This document shows positions 16,688 through 26,700 of a stretch of 32,000 nt of DNA, piece by piece. The notes below the pieces were generated by a model. It made no database searches, was not told the DNA's origin, and worked only from the letters and a program-made list of their open reading frames with translations. The DNA is from Candidatus Heimdallarchaeota archaeon B3_Heim (GTDB taxonomy: Archaea > Asgardarchaeota > Heimdallarchaeia > Hodarchaeales > Hodarchaeaceae): NCBI GenBank assembly GCA_003144275.1, contig NJBF01000023.1, positions 30,001 through 62,000 on the forward strand, read 5' to 3'. The translations under genes and the position numbers were made by a program. The number at the start of each line of letters is the position of its first letter. The stretch's first letter is position 1.

Positions 16688-17893
16688 TCAATCATACCTA
16701 ATTCTTGGGTCAACAAAAGCATACAGAATGTCCACAAGGAGATTGCTAAGCACATAGATTAATGCGGTAACCATAACAAACCCTTGAATTGCTGCAATAT
16801 CTAAGTTTGATACCGCGGTTACGGCCCATCGGCCAATTCCTGGCCAGTCAAAAACCGTTTCAGTTAATACGGTTCCAGTTAATAACCCAGCTAAAGAAAG
16901 CCCTGCTATAGTAAGCGTAGGAATTAATGCATTCTTTAATGCGTGCCGGTATATAATTACTCTCTCAGAGAGACCTTTAGATTTTGCAAGTAAAATGAAA
17001 TCTTGCCGCATTGTTTCAATCATGGCCATTCTTGTCATTCTTGTAATGAGCGCCATTTGTACCCATGCAAGACAAAATGCTGGTGGGAAAATGTGAATTA
17101 ATGCATCAATAAACAGCTCCAAGCTCACGAGAATTGATTCGAGAGCAGGAACTCCTGCGGGTAAATACAACAGATTATCAATTAAGTAAAAACCAGTTGT
17201 CGGTATTGGTCCAAGATCTAAAAATGGTAGCAAATTAAGGAGGCCTACTACTGCACCAAGGATATTATCCTCCTTCGCAAAAAATTTATTTACATTATAC
17301 CGCTCATGATAAGGCATTTTAATTCCAAGACCTAAATCTTCAAAAATCATATTAGAATTAAATATCAATACTTGTAACATTAGACCAAGCCAGAATATTG
17401 GCATGGAAACACCAGATAATGCTGTAATTCGAGAAATTTGATCTGGTAGTTGATCCTTTCTAGTTGCGGATACAATACCGAGAGGGATACCAATGACTAC
17501 AGCAAAAATCATCGAAAATATGGCTAACTCCGCAGTAGCTGGGAAACGGGTTATAATTACGTCTAAAACAGGTAGGGGAGGCCGAAACGAGGCCGAAACT
17601 CCCAAATCTGGAGGTCTTAAGTACCAAGACCCTATATTTGTAAGCTCTGGCGTTTCGAGTGGCCAAAGCCGTTGAAGATACCTAATATATTGTATGTGAA
17701 GGGGTTGATCAAGTCCTAGTTGTTCTGTTAAGAGTTGAATCCTTGCTTCTGTTAATCGATCTTGATCTTCTCCGATATACGAAGCAATCGGGTCTCCAAT
17801 GCTATTGGAGAGAATAAAACTCATAATACTAACCCCGAACATTACGGGGATTAACAATAACAGTCTTTTTATCGCATAGTCTCTTAATTTCAT
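16688..17893 (-). CDS. oppB: OppB/DppB-type ABC permease
   Basis: KRLLLLIPVMFG, GLDQP, RFPATAELA, EAA motif QDFILLAKSKGL, RHALKNAL, and ETVFDWPGIG. Confidence 0.94.
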   Translation of the reverse strand: MKLRDYAIKRLLLLIPVMFGVSIMSFILSNSIGDPIASYIGEDQDRLTEARIQLLTEQLGLDQPLHIQYIRYLQRLWPLETPELTNIGSWYLRPPDLGVSASFRPPLPVLDVIITRFPATAELAIFSMIFAVVIGIPLGIVSATRKDQLPDQISRITALSGVSMPIFWLGLMLQVLIFNSNMIFEDLGLGIKMPYHERYNVNKFFAKEDNILGAVVGLLNLLPFLDLGPIPTTGFYLIDNLLYLPAGVPALESILVSLELFIDALIHIFPPAFCLAWVQMALITRMTRMAMIETMRQDFILLAKSKGLSERVIIYRHALKNALIPTLTIAGLSLAGLLTGTVLTETVFDWPGIGRWAVTAVSNLDIAAIQGFVMVTALIYVLSNLLVDILYAFVDPRIRYD

Positions 17894-18176
17894 ACTTTAC
17901 CCAGCCAAAAGTATTTCCTCTTCGTAGGCAATAATTGATTTGTACGAATAAATCATTTTCATCTTAGAAATTAGTTTCGTTCTGACAAGAATGAATATAG
18001 AGCGGAAATAAATCCATTCAGTCAGCACTTTGCTTGTTTTTTGAATTTTTTCAAAGACAAAAATAATTTTGAGAGGATAATGTATTTTCTTTTCATATAT
18101 GATACAGAACGCAACAGAAAAATTCTTTTAAAAACAAATTGCTTAATGCAAGATTTCCTGATAATATATACTATCG

Positions 18177-18692
18177 TTAAGAATCCAATGGCTTTTGATT
18201 TAGATGAATGTGGATTTTCTTTCGCGTAGTTCCTAGATAGATAAAGCCTATAATCAATATAATAGGTCCGATTATTGAAAGAACAAAACCTATCTGGAGA
18301 GCAATCGGATTTTCAAGACCGATGGAGGATGCCTTTGTATATGCATTAAAAATATCTTTTATAACAAAGATTATTCCAACAAACGAGCTCATAAATGACA
18401 ACGCTAGAATAACCATCACATTTTCTAGCTTTTTATCAATATCTATGGAGTTTAATTTGCCTAAATAGTTATATCCCAGAAACCCTCCAGTAAACACCAT
18501 CAACGTGCCAAATGTCAACGTTAGTGATTCAGTAAAATATAAATTCCCTCCAGTTAACTGTAATACTACGTTTTGATCGTGACGTATTGATATAAAGGGT
18601 ATACTTAATCCAATTAGAGAGAAAAGTCCACTAGACGTGAAAAGCAGGAATAAGATTTTTTGTCTCATTTTTATTTCATCAGTAAAAGTCAA
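18177..18692 (-). CDS. Four-TM hypothetical membrane protein
   Basis: Four hydrophobic helices. The start is probably TTG 18692 (SD GAGGT) or ATG 18668; the track's 18767 overlaps the upstream gene. Confidence 0.7.
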   Translation of the reverse strand: MTFTDEIKMRQKILFLLFTSSGLFSLIGLSIPFISIRHDQNVVLQLTGGNLYFTESLTLTFGTLMVFTGGFLGYNYLGKLNSIDIDKKLENVMVILALSFMSSFVGIIFVIKDIFNAYTKASSIGLENPIALQIGFVLSIIGPIILIIGFIYLGTTRKKIHIHLNQKPLDS

Positions 18693-18726
18693 CGATGTAC
18701 CTCTTTCATACAAGTCTTTAATAATT

Positions 18727-19023
18727 TCAATATATATCTTTTTTTGTATAATAGATAATAAAACCAATAATTAGTAAAACAATGGCAATACCCATAAGAA
18801 TAATCGAATTAAATGTTAACTGGTTCGCCAAATCACGATAGTATATTGCCGCTCCAACATGACCCGCTTCAAGATAAAATTTCAAATTATCAATACAAAC
18901 ACCGCTTGCTAGCAAAAAGGTTAAAGAAAGAAAGATCAGGGGGATAGCAAGAAAGACAAAGTATTTCTCTTTTTCCCTCTTTGGTTTACTAATCTTTAAA
19001 ATTGGAGTATCTACCATTTTCAT
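18727..19023 (-). CDS. Small two-TM hypothetical membrane protein
   Basis: Two TM helices with a ~30-aa loop and a basic tail. SD GAGGTA. Follows the FtsX permease in operon fashion. Confidence 0.7.
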   Translation of the reverse strand: MKMVDTPILKISKPKREKEKYFVFLAIPLIFLSLTFLLASGVCIDNLKFYLEAGHVGAAIYYRDLANQLTFNSIILMGIAIVLLIIGFIIYYTKKDIY

Positions 19024-19033
19024 ATACCTCTTG

Positions 19034-21814
19034 TTATTTAATTACGAAAATACCTTCACCAAGCAGCATTCCTCTTATGATAATTATAATGAGGAATATA
19101 ACAATGATATAATATAGAATCATGATTAATTTGGATAGATGACGGAAATAGGCTGGAATGAGAATATTCTCAAACGAGATCAGTTTGGGTAGATCAAGTT
19201 TTTTTAACATTTGTTCCGTTAAAGAGCGAATAGGACGGGCTGATATCGTTGCTACAACTTCTTTCTGGCTAGATTTATATGCTGGAATGATTGTACTCGC
19301 TATTGTAAATAGAAACGAGACGAATAACCACAATGCAACATGGTCAAGTGGAAAATTCAATGTAATAGGAATACTCAAGGAAATATACCATACGAGTAGG
19401 AGAGCACTAAATAATCCATCAAAAAAACCAAAAAATAGCGCGGTTATACCTAACGTCACCGATTCAACTAGAAAAATTGTAAATACTCCCCATTTCGATA
19501 AACCCATGCTACGCATAATTCCCATCTCCCTCTCCATTTGCAGAGTGGACATCAACACACCGACAAATTGTGCAATTCCTGCGAGAATAAATGTCTCAAA
19601 AAAGAGAATTTGAAATAAATTTGCCTGGAAGATTAGACTATTTTCAATGATTTTGCCATAATGCCCAATACCGATAACTTCTTTTAGAAAGGGGTATGTA
19701 AGTGACAAGTTCCCTTCAGTCTCCGACAGACTAAAACCTTCTATTACATCACAGACGAATAATTGAGCTAAGGAGGAGTTGAATAGTTCTTGAAAATAAG
19801 AAGTTCCAATATACAGATATCTTCCATTACCCAGAAAAATATTTCCTTTGATAATTGCTGCTATACGTATATTTACAGTGTTGTTTGAAGATGTTTTCAT
19901 TGATATATTAGAACCCATCGGCTTATTAATTGCACGATATAGATCTTCTGAAATTAAAGAGTTTATAATCGAAGGAGCAGAGGTGTTGGTTTCTAAAAAT
20001 TGAAAGCTTGGTACGTCTAAGATTGAATCGTAAACATTTTCAGCAAAAATTGAATACTGAGTTGGATCAACTCCATATACGTAGCCATTGGATTCACTAA
20101 TCTCAGTTCGTATTTCTTGAACGTATGCAACTTGTTTTATACGTTCATTTGCGAGTAAGCTTTCGGAAAAATTGATTGCTTGTCCAGGGTCATTCGCTTT
20201 GACTACTAGATCGACATTTCCCCATTGCCCCTGGTAATATTGGGGAACACTAGCTATTATAGTCGAAGAAACAACTCCTACCAATATAATAAATGTTAAC
20301 GCAATAGAAGATGTCATTATTGTAAAGAATGATCTCTGGAATTCACGTGCAATATTCCTCATCGAGATAAGACCTAACCGTACTTTAAAGGTCTTGAAAA
20401 ATAATTCTCCAGCTTTGGGTAAGAAGAATAATAATCCTGCCTCAACAAAAAGTGTCCCAGCAAAAATCAAGACAATTGTCATAAATTGAATAGAAAACAA
20501 AGAAAAGTCTAGGAATTGCGTGGTACTCGAAAAATTAGATAGAAAATAACCAGTAAAAGCCAAGACAATTCCAATAATTACTGTATATCTCCAGTACTCT
20601 GGAAGAGAAGATTTTTTAGCTGTTCTTATTTTAGAATGAATATTTTGAATTATAGGTTCCCGTATAATTAAATATAAAGGAAAAATTCCCGAGAAAAATG
20701 CCACTAGAATACCAGAGAGGAAGACCGTAATAACAGAGGCCGGATTAATAAGCACAGCTTGGAAATCTAAACTTGGATAAAACTGATCGATTACACCAAC
20801 TAATAAATTAGAGAAACTTATTCCAACGATTACACCCAAGATTCCACCGATGACGGAATACACAAGAATTTCATAGAACAATAGTAAAAATACTTGTTTT
20901 GTACTAATTCCAACAGTTCGAAGAATACCATACTCCTTTTGTCTTTCACGCACAGCAATTGTCAGGATATTAGTGGTAAAAAGAAATTCTACAAGTAAGG
21001 ATGCAAGAATTACAATATTCATTGCAATGGAATATGCTTTTATCCCAAGGACTTGGAGTTCAGAAATTTCCTTTCCTACAAATACATCATATTCTGGACC
21101 AAGAAAGTCTTTGATATTTTCCGAGATCTTTCTAATCTCAATGAAATCTCTGGTTGTAACATCTATCCTCATATTTAACGAGTCAATTTCTGGTGTAATC
21201 TCAAATAAATCAAGCATTGTGTTTATATCAATTAAAATAACAGCAAAAGCTTCTCTATTTCCAAAGAATGGTGGTGCCGAAAATATTCCTCCAACAATTA
21301 ATTCAGCACCTTTAAATCCAATTTCTGGTAATTGAGGTAACTCTATTGTTTCTCCCAATGATAACCCCATAAAATCTTTAACCGTCTGTGAAATTATGAT
21401 AGTACGTCCGACACCAGTCCTAAACCCCTCGGTGACATTCAAAATTGGTACATCAGGATGAGAATGGAAATTTACACCATATATTAACGCATTAACAGGA
21501 TATCCAGTTTCATTCTGTATCACATCTGCTGAGATATAGTATACTTCAGAAGCTTTTTGAACCCCTGGCACAGAGTGAACTTTAGATGTAAGATTTTGTA
21601 ATTCAGCTAAGCTTACCCACTTTTTCGGATGAACACTTATATCAGAATAATTTTGGTTTCGGTTATCAAAAAGAAAATCTGCGTAAATAGTGTCAACTGT
21701 TACAATTACTGCCATCTCTAGAGCAAGAGTAACGGTTATTCCGAATATTAGCAGAAATGATCTTTGTTTTGAGCGAAAAACATTTCTAAATGCTAGCTTA
21801 AGCATTGAATTCAC
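19034..21814 (-). CDS. FtsX/MacB-family ABC permease with two repeated halves
   Basis: AFRNVFRSKQRS, ERQKEYGILRTVG, RNIAREFQRS and QMEREMGIMRSMG, with two large extracellular domains rich in sequons. The start may be ATG 21805. Confidence 0.9.
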   Translation of the reverse strand: MNSMLKLAFRNVFRSKQRSFLLIFGITVTLALEMAVIVTVDTIYADFLFDNRNQNYSDISVHPKKWVSLAELQNLTSKVHSVPGVQKASEVYYISADVIQNETGYPVNALIYGVNFHSHPDVPILNVTEGFRTGVGRTIIISQTVKDFMGLSLGETIELPQLPEIGFKGAELIVGGIFSAPPFFGNREAFAVILIDINTMLDLFEITPEIDSLNMRIDVTTRDFIEIRKISENIKDFLGPEYDVFVGKEISELQVLGIKAYSIAMNIVILASLLVEFLFTTNILTIAVRERQKEYGILRTVGISTKQVFLLLFYEILVYSVIGGILGVIVGISFSNLLVGVIDQFYPSLDFQAVLINPASVITVFLSGILVAFFSGIFPLYLIIREPIIQNIHSKIRTAKKSSLPEYWRYTVIIGIVLAFTGYFLSNFSSTTQFLDFSLFSIQFMTIVLIFAGTLFVEAGLLFFLPKAGELFFKTFKVRLGLISMRNIAREFQRSFFTIMTSSIALTFIILVGVVSSTIIASVPQYYQGQWGNVDLVVKANDPGQAINFSESLLANERIKQVAYVQEIRTEISESNGYVYGVDPTQYSIFAENVYDSILDVPSFQFLETNTSAPSIINSLISEDLYRAINKPMGSNISMKTSSNNTVNIRIAAIIKGNIFLGNGRYLYIGTSYFQELFNSSLAQLFVCDVIEGFSLSETEGNLSLTYPFLKEVIGIGHYGKIIENSLIFQANLFQILFFETFILAGIAQFVGVLMSTLQMEREMGIMRSMGLSKWGVFTIFLVESVTLGITALFFGFFDGLFSALLLVWYISLSIPITLNFPLDHVALWLFVSFLFTIASTIIPAYKSSQKEVVATISARPIRSLTEQMLKKLDLPKLISFENILIPAYFRHLSKLIMILYYIIVIFLIIIIIRGMLLGEGIFVIK

Positions 21815-22432
21815 TGTAACAGTTATAGTTCTCTATAAAGGAATTTCAGAAAAACTCTATTTAAGAGTAAATCGTTCAATGCACTCCTAATTGGTATGTG
21901 TTTAATTGCTTACTGATGAAGGAATCAAATTACCATAACTAAATTTGTCAAACAACTATTTAGCAAATAGTTCTGGACAAGATGAGTCACACATCCGCTA
22001 TCAGGCAGGTTAGCAACAGGAGAATGTATGCTTTCCATTGGGACTACTTGAAACAAATCTATTTGAAACATCCCAAACACCATTGATTTTCCACCAGATT
22101 GGCCATTCTTCTCTTGCCTTTGACGGGTAACTCGTCTAACGTAGTTACAAGAAATTCTGACCTAAGAGCTAAGAAGATTTTTTTGTCATCACCTCGGGGT
22201 TGAACACGTATGGGAGGGAGGCCTTTTAAGATTGTGCGAGAGAGGTCAGCGAATACAAGAGATATTCCTTTGTCGGACAAAAATAATAAGGGTAAGATAA
22301 GAATGACTCGTGTACATTTGGAAGAAAACACTCAAAGAATAGCCATTAATATTTCAATTTAAACTAGCAATCTGTGAAATTTAGTATTTAAACATAAATT
22401 TTGTCTTCTTTACATATACGTGGGAACTTCCA

Positions 22433-23743
22433 GTGGATATTATTACAGGTTTACTACTAACAGGCATTTTTTTTATTATATTAGTTTTAATTGCATCCGA
22501 AAAGTTTGACAAGGTATCTATAACTCTTGTAGGCGTTGTTGTTACAGTTATCGTTGCGAGTTCAGTAAATTTAATTCGAGAAATAAACATCGTATACCAA
22601 TGGCTTGATATCGAACTTATCATGACCATTGTGGGTGTTACGATAATAATGGAGATGTTGAAATCTTCAGGGTTGTTAGAAGTATTTATACTTTATATAT
22701 TAAGAAGTATTAGAGGTTCCTTCTATGTTCTTACCATGATATTATCTCTTTCCGTATTAGTGCTGAGTATGATGATTACCAATGTTTTAGCATTAATCAT
22801 TGTATCTTCTATCACAATTCTCATTGCTACTATTGCTGAATTTGATCCTAAACCTATATTGTTTCTGGAACTTGTTTATTCCAATCTTGCGGGCATGCTA
22901 ACTCCTATCGCTTCCTATACAGCAGCATATGTTTCATTAGAACAGAATTGGTCTTATTTAGACTTCCTCATTTTGAGTTTACCTTTTGTGGTCATAATGG
23001 TTTTACTAACAATCCCTGTCACCTATTATATGTTTAAAGACTCATTTATGGCAATGAAAGAAAAAGAGAAAACATTTGGAATTGAACTCCAACGTCTTCT
23101 CCATACAATTGATCCATGGAGTTTTGTTGATTCGCGTAAGGATTTCTATAAAGCAACTATCATTTTTATAATAGTTACAATATTTCTTGCGATTGGAACA
23201 TCAGTAGGATTCAGTGTAGATGTCATTTGTATTGGAGGGGGTGTTATTGTGTTGATCTTCTTTTCTGATCACGTAGATTCATTCATAAGAGCAGTTGACT
23301 GGCCAATGCTCTTTTTTTTAACGGGAATCTTCATTATGTCAGGACTTATTCAACTTACAGAAATACCTCTTCTTCTTGAAGAACCAGCACTTAAATTAAT
23401 TGAAATTTCTCCAGAAATTGGTATAGTGACTTTTTCAGGAATTCTCGGGGCACTAACAAGCATAATTGAAAACATTCCCCTTATATTTCTTTTACGTCCT
23501 GTAATAGACCTTCTTAGTAACAATACAGACCCTAGAATTGTATGGTGGACAATCCTTGCAGTAGTAAATATTACAGATTCAGTTATTCTTATTAGCAGTG
23601 TAAAAGGCATCTATATTATGGAGATGAGCCATAGAGAGGGAATTCCAATCACTTTCATGGAATATTTTCGATATGGTTTATCAATCACGGGGATACACTT
23701 GATTGCGATGGCACTTTATGTTTTTGTTTTATTTCTCCTCTAG
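22433..23743 (+). CDS. ArsB/NhaD (ion transporter superfamily) permease, divergent
   Basis: About 11-12 TMs, with ASEKFDKVSITLVG, LDIELIMTIVG and VDWPMLFFLTGIFIM, plus a C-terminal ITFMEYFRYG. GTG start. Confidence 0.8.
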   Translation: MDIITGLLLTGIFFIILVLIASEKFDKVSITLVGVVVTVIVASSVNLIREINIVYQWLDIELIMTIVGVTIIMEMLKSSGLLEVFILYILRSIRGSFYVLTMILSLSVLVLSMMITNVLALIIVSSITILIATIAEFDPKPILFLELVYSNLAGMLTPIASYTAAYVSLEQNWSYLDFLILSLPFVVIMVLLTIPVTYYMFKDSFMAMKEKEKTFGIELQRLLHTIDPWSFVDSRKDFYKATIIFIIVTIFLAIGTSVGFSVDVICIGGGVIVLIFFSDHVDSFIRAVDWPMLFFLTGIFIMSGLIQLTEIPLLLEEPALKLIEISPEIGIVTFSGILGALTSIIENIPLIFLLRPVIDLLSNNTDPRIVWWTILAVVNITDSVILISSVKGIYIMEMSHREGIPITFMEYFRYGLSITGIHLIAMALYVFVLFLL

Positions 23744-23798
23744 AGCTGAGCTACCTTTATCAAATCCTTTCTTCCATGAGAGCGATTGGTGTTGTTCT

Positions 23799-26700
23799 AT
23801 GTCTGAAGTTCAAAAGGAATTAGAAAAAGCTCAAGCTTTTGAAACAACAGGAAATTTCGAAAAGGCTGCAAAATCGTATCTCCAAATTGCCAAAAGTATT
23901 CCAGACGGGCAAAGAAGTTTAAAACTCTATAATAAAGCATTTTTTTCATCTCAAAAAACGGGAAAAAACGCCTTGATGTTCGAGTATGCACGACTTTATT
24001 ATCAACAGCTTTTACAAGAAGAACAACATAAAGCTATCAAAGAACTTCTCCCTACTTTCCTGGATCTATCTGGTCGGATACGAGATAAAATTGACGAACT
24101 TAAAGTGGAAGGTAAACTAGAAGTTTTAACTTGGGCATTAGATTTATATCAGCTTGCTGGTAACCAAATAGGGGCATATGAGATTAGTCAAGATATAGGC
24201 GACACCTATTTTGTCTTTGGGAAACAATTGTTATCGTCTGGTCATCTCCTAGGAAAGGAAGAAAAATACAATAAGGGTGTTGAACTTTTTAATCAAGCTA
24301 TCGAGAGCTATCAGTTGATTTCACTTGATACAACAGTTATGGAGAAAATTCTTGTTGTTAAACTTGAAAAAATCAACCGTTTCATTGACATAAGTCGCCC
24401 AGCCGAAGCAATGGAAGATACTGCAAATCTAATGCGTTATTTTAAGACACTGAATGTTGATATTCGTCCCTATTCCCAAAAAGATCTTTCACTCAGAATT
24501 GCGGAATTATTAGCAACAAAAACCTTAGAAAAAGTTCAGAAACAAATTGATATTGCTCGAGTATTACAGAAAACTGCAAGTGCTGGTTTTATAGAAGCAG
24601 AAGAGCCAGGAAGGGTGGCTCCCTTTCTATGGTCGCTTGCTCAAATTTTTGATAAAAACAATAAGATAGAAGACTTTGATACCACAAGTAATGAGGCATT
24701 TAATGCGGCCATTAAAAATGGTAACCAAGACATTGCAGAAAGTATTCTAACCTATTTGTTTGACCAGGGAAAATCGATTTGTGAAAATACTATCAATTCA
24801 CGGATGTTATTAGTAAAAAAGGGGTCGGTTGAATTTCGAAATAATAAGGGTGTCCAATACTTACTCCAACGAATCAAATTAGCGAAAACAACTGACGATG
24901 AAATCGTAAATCAAACTACTGAATATTTGTTCAATTATGGTCAAACGATGTTTGATAAAAAACTTCGGGTACGTTCTCTTCCATATTTTGAATATTGCGC
25001 GCGTACATGGTGGGATTTACATCAGGATACTGGACGAGCGAGAGAAATCACTACTTTTTTACAAAGCAATTTTGGTGATTTACTAAGTGAAGGAAAGCTT
25101 GATGATGCTGCAACCCAATTAATATCGATCGTTGATTTATTCACGTACTTTGGAGATACAGAAATGGCTGGAGATACAGCTTTTTCTTTTGCTCAAACTC
25201 TTGGTCAAGAAGGAAAAATATCTTATGAGTATGACTTTCTAGAACGATCTTATGCGAATTTTGAGAAATTAAAAGCAACAGAGAAATTGCAATCATTGAT
25301 TGATTATCTTATTGAACGTTCTGATCCCTTATTCTCTCATGATGAGAATATGAAAGACAATCTTCAGAATTTTCTCGAATTGATAAGCAAAACTGGAGCT
25401 GCAATCTCAATTGAAAGGCAGGGAGAAGTATTAGCTACAACAACATATAAATTGATTAACAGTAGCTTGATGGATCTTGCATCAAAGTACGTAGAAGAAA
25501 CGTTTGCAATATACAGTTCTTACGATAAGGAACTAGCAGCAGATTTCTATTTCAAAATTGGTACAATGTTAATAGAGAATAATCAAGAGTTAGCGATTGA
25601 AATTATTTCAAAATCGACCCAATTAGCCGCGGATGAATCAGAGCTTGAACAAATTGTTCTTAGAAATCTTCAATATTTAATGGATCAAGCTCTGGCCTCA
25701 CCTTTACTAAGAACTAAGCTGCTAATTATTAACCAGCTGGAAAGCATTTCTTCTCTTGTTCATAAAAGTGCAATTTTCAATACATTCCTCTTTCCATTCG
25801 TTCAGAACTTAGCAGAAAAAGCTATGGAACCGGAATATTTATCAGAAACGAATAGATATCTAATGAAAACCTTTACAACATATTTTGAGGAAGATAATTC
25901 ACATCCACACTTGGAAGAGATTATTGAGTGGACTAACAAGTTTATTTTAAGCTTGGATCAACCTCATCTACTTACTGAGATGATTCTCTTAAGTCTGAAT
26001 TTCCACGAAAAAACCAATAAACCAGATCAATTTATCACTTTTATTTGGCCTATTATGGAGAAACTGTCATCAGAGAAGGAAGACTTCCAGAAAGCAATCA
26101 CAATTTATAGACAAACATTTTCCTTCTTGAAACGTCTTAATGCTGAAAATGAAGAATTCACAGATAAAGTCGTATCCTTACTTGATCGCGATCAGAAATC
26201 AAGAATTCATGATGAGCAATTTGAAGAAGCTTGGGCTATTCTTCAAGCTCTATTTCAAATTCTCACGGAAACAGATATGAAAACTCAAGCTGTGCGATTA
26301 TATAAGGATAATGCAGTTCTATTTGCCCCTCTTCGATTAGATCTCGCCTTAACAATGTGGGCTCAGGCCAGTGACGAAGCCAAATGTCTTGAAAATTCAA
26401 GGGAAGTAATTGGTGGAATTTGTTCAGATATAAAAGAACATGGATTAACGGTCTACAAAGAACAGCAAAATCTACCTGCTGTACTTCAACTCTATAATCA
26501 GATCATAGAATTAAATTTAGCCATTGAAAATCTAGTAGGTGTTACGGATAATAGTATTGAGCGTTCAAAATATCTCCTAATGACGGGAGACTTCACATCG
26601 TTATTAGAATGGGGAGAAAAAAGTCTTCGATTGAGTATTGAGAAGAAACTAATAGATCTTCTTGTGGAAATCACAAATATGTTTTATTCTGCAGGAAGGA

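Noticed and set aside
21975-22015. QDESHIRYQAG* resembling the first Asp motif of IS630 transposases
   Set aside because: Similarity ends after about 10 residues at a stop, and I saw no terminal inverted repeats or other DDE motifs.
22059-22331. 90-aa minus-strand ORF
   Set aside because: No SD, no motif and no operon context. It is kept only as part of the unexplained gap.
17460-23991. ORFs 17460-17666, 17493-17675, 18041-18229, 19158-19613, 20973-21335, 21690-21890, 22381-22629, 23350-23610 and 23797-23991
   Set aside because: They overlap real genes on the opposite strand or frame, or lack start signals and protein-like content.
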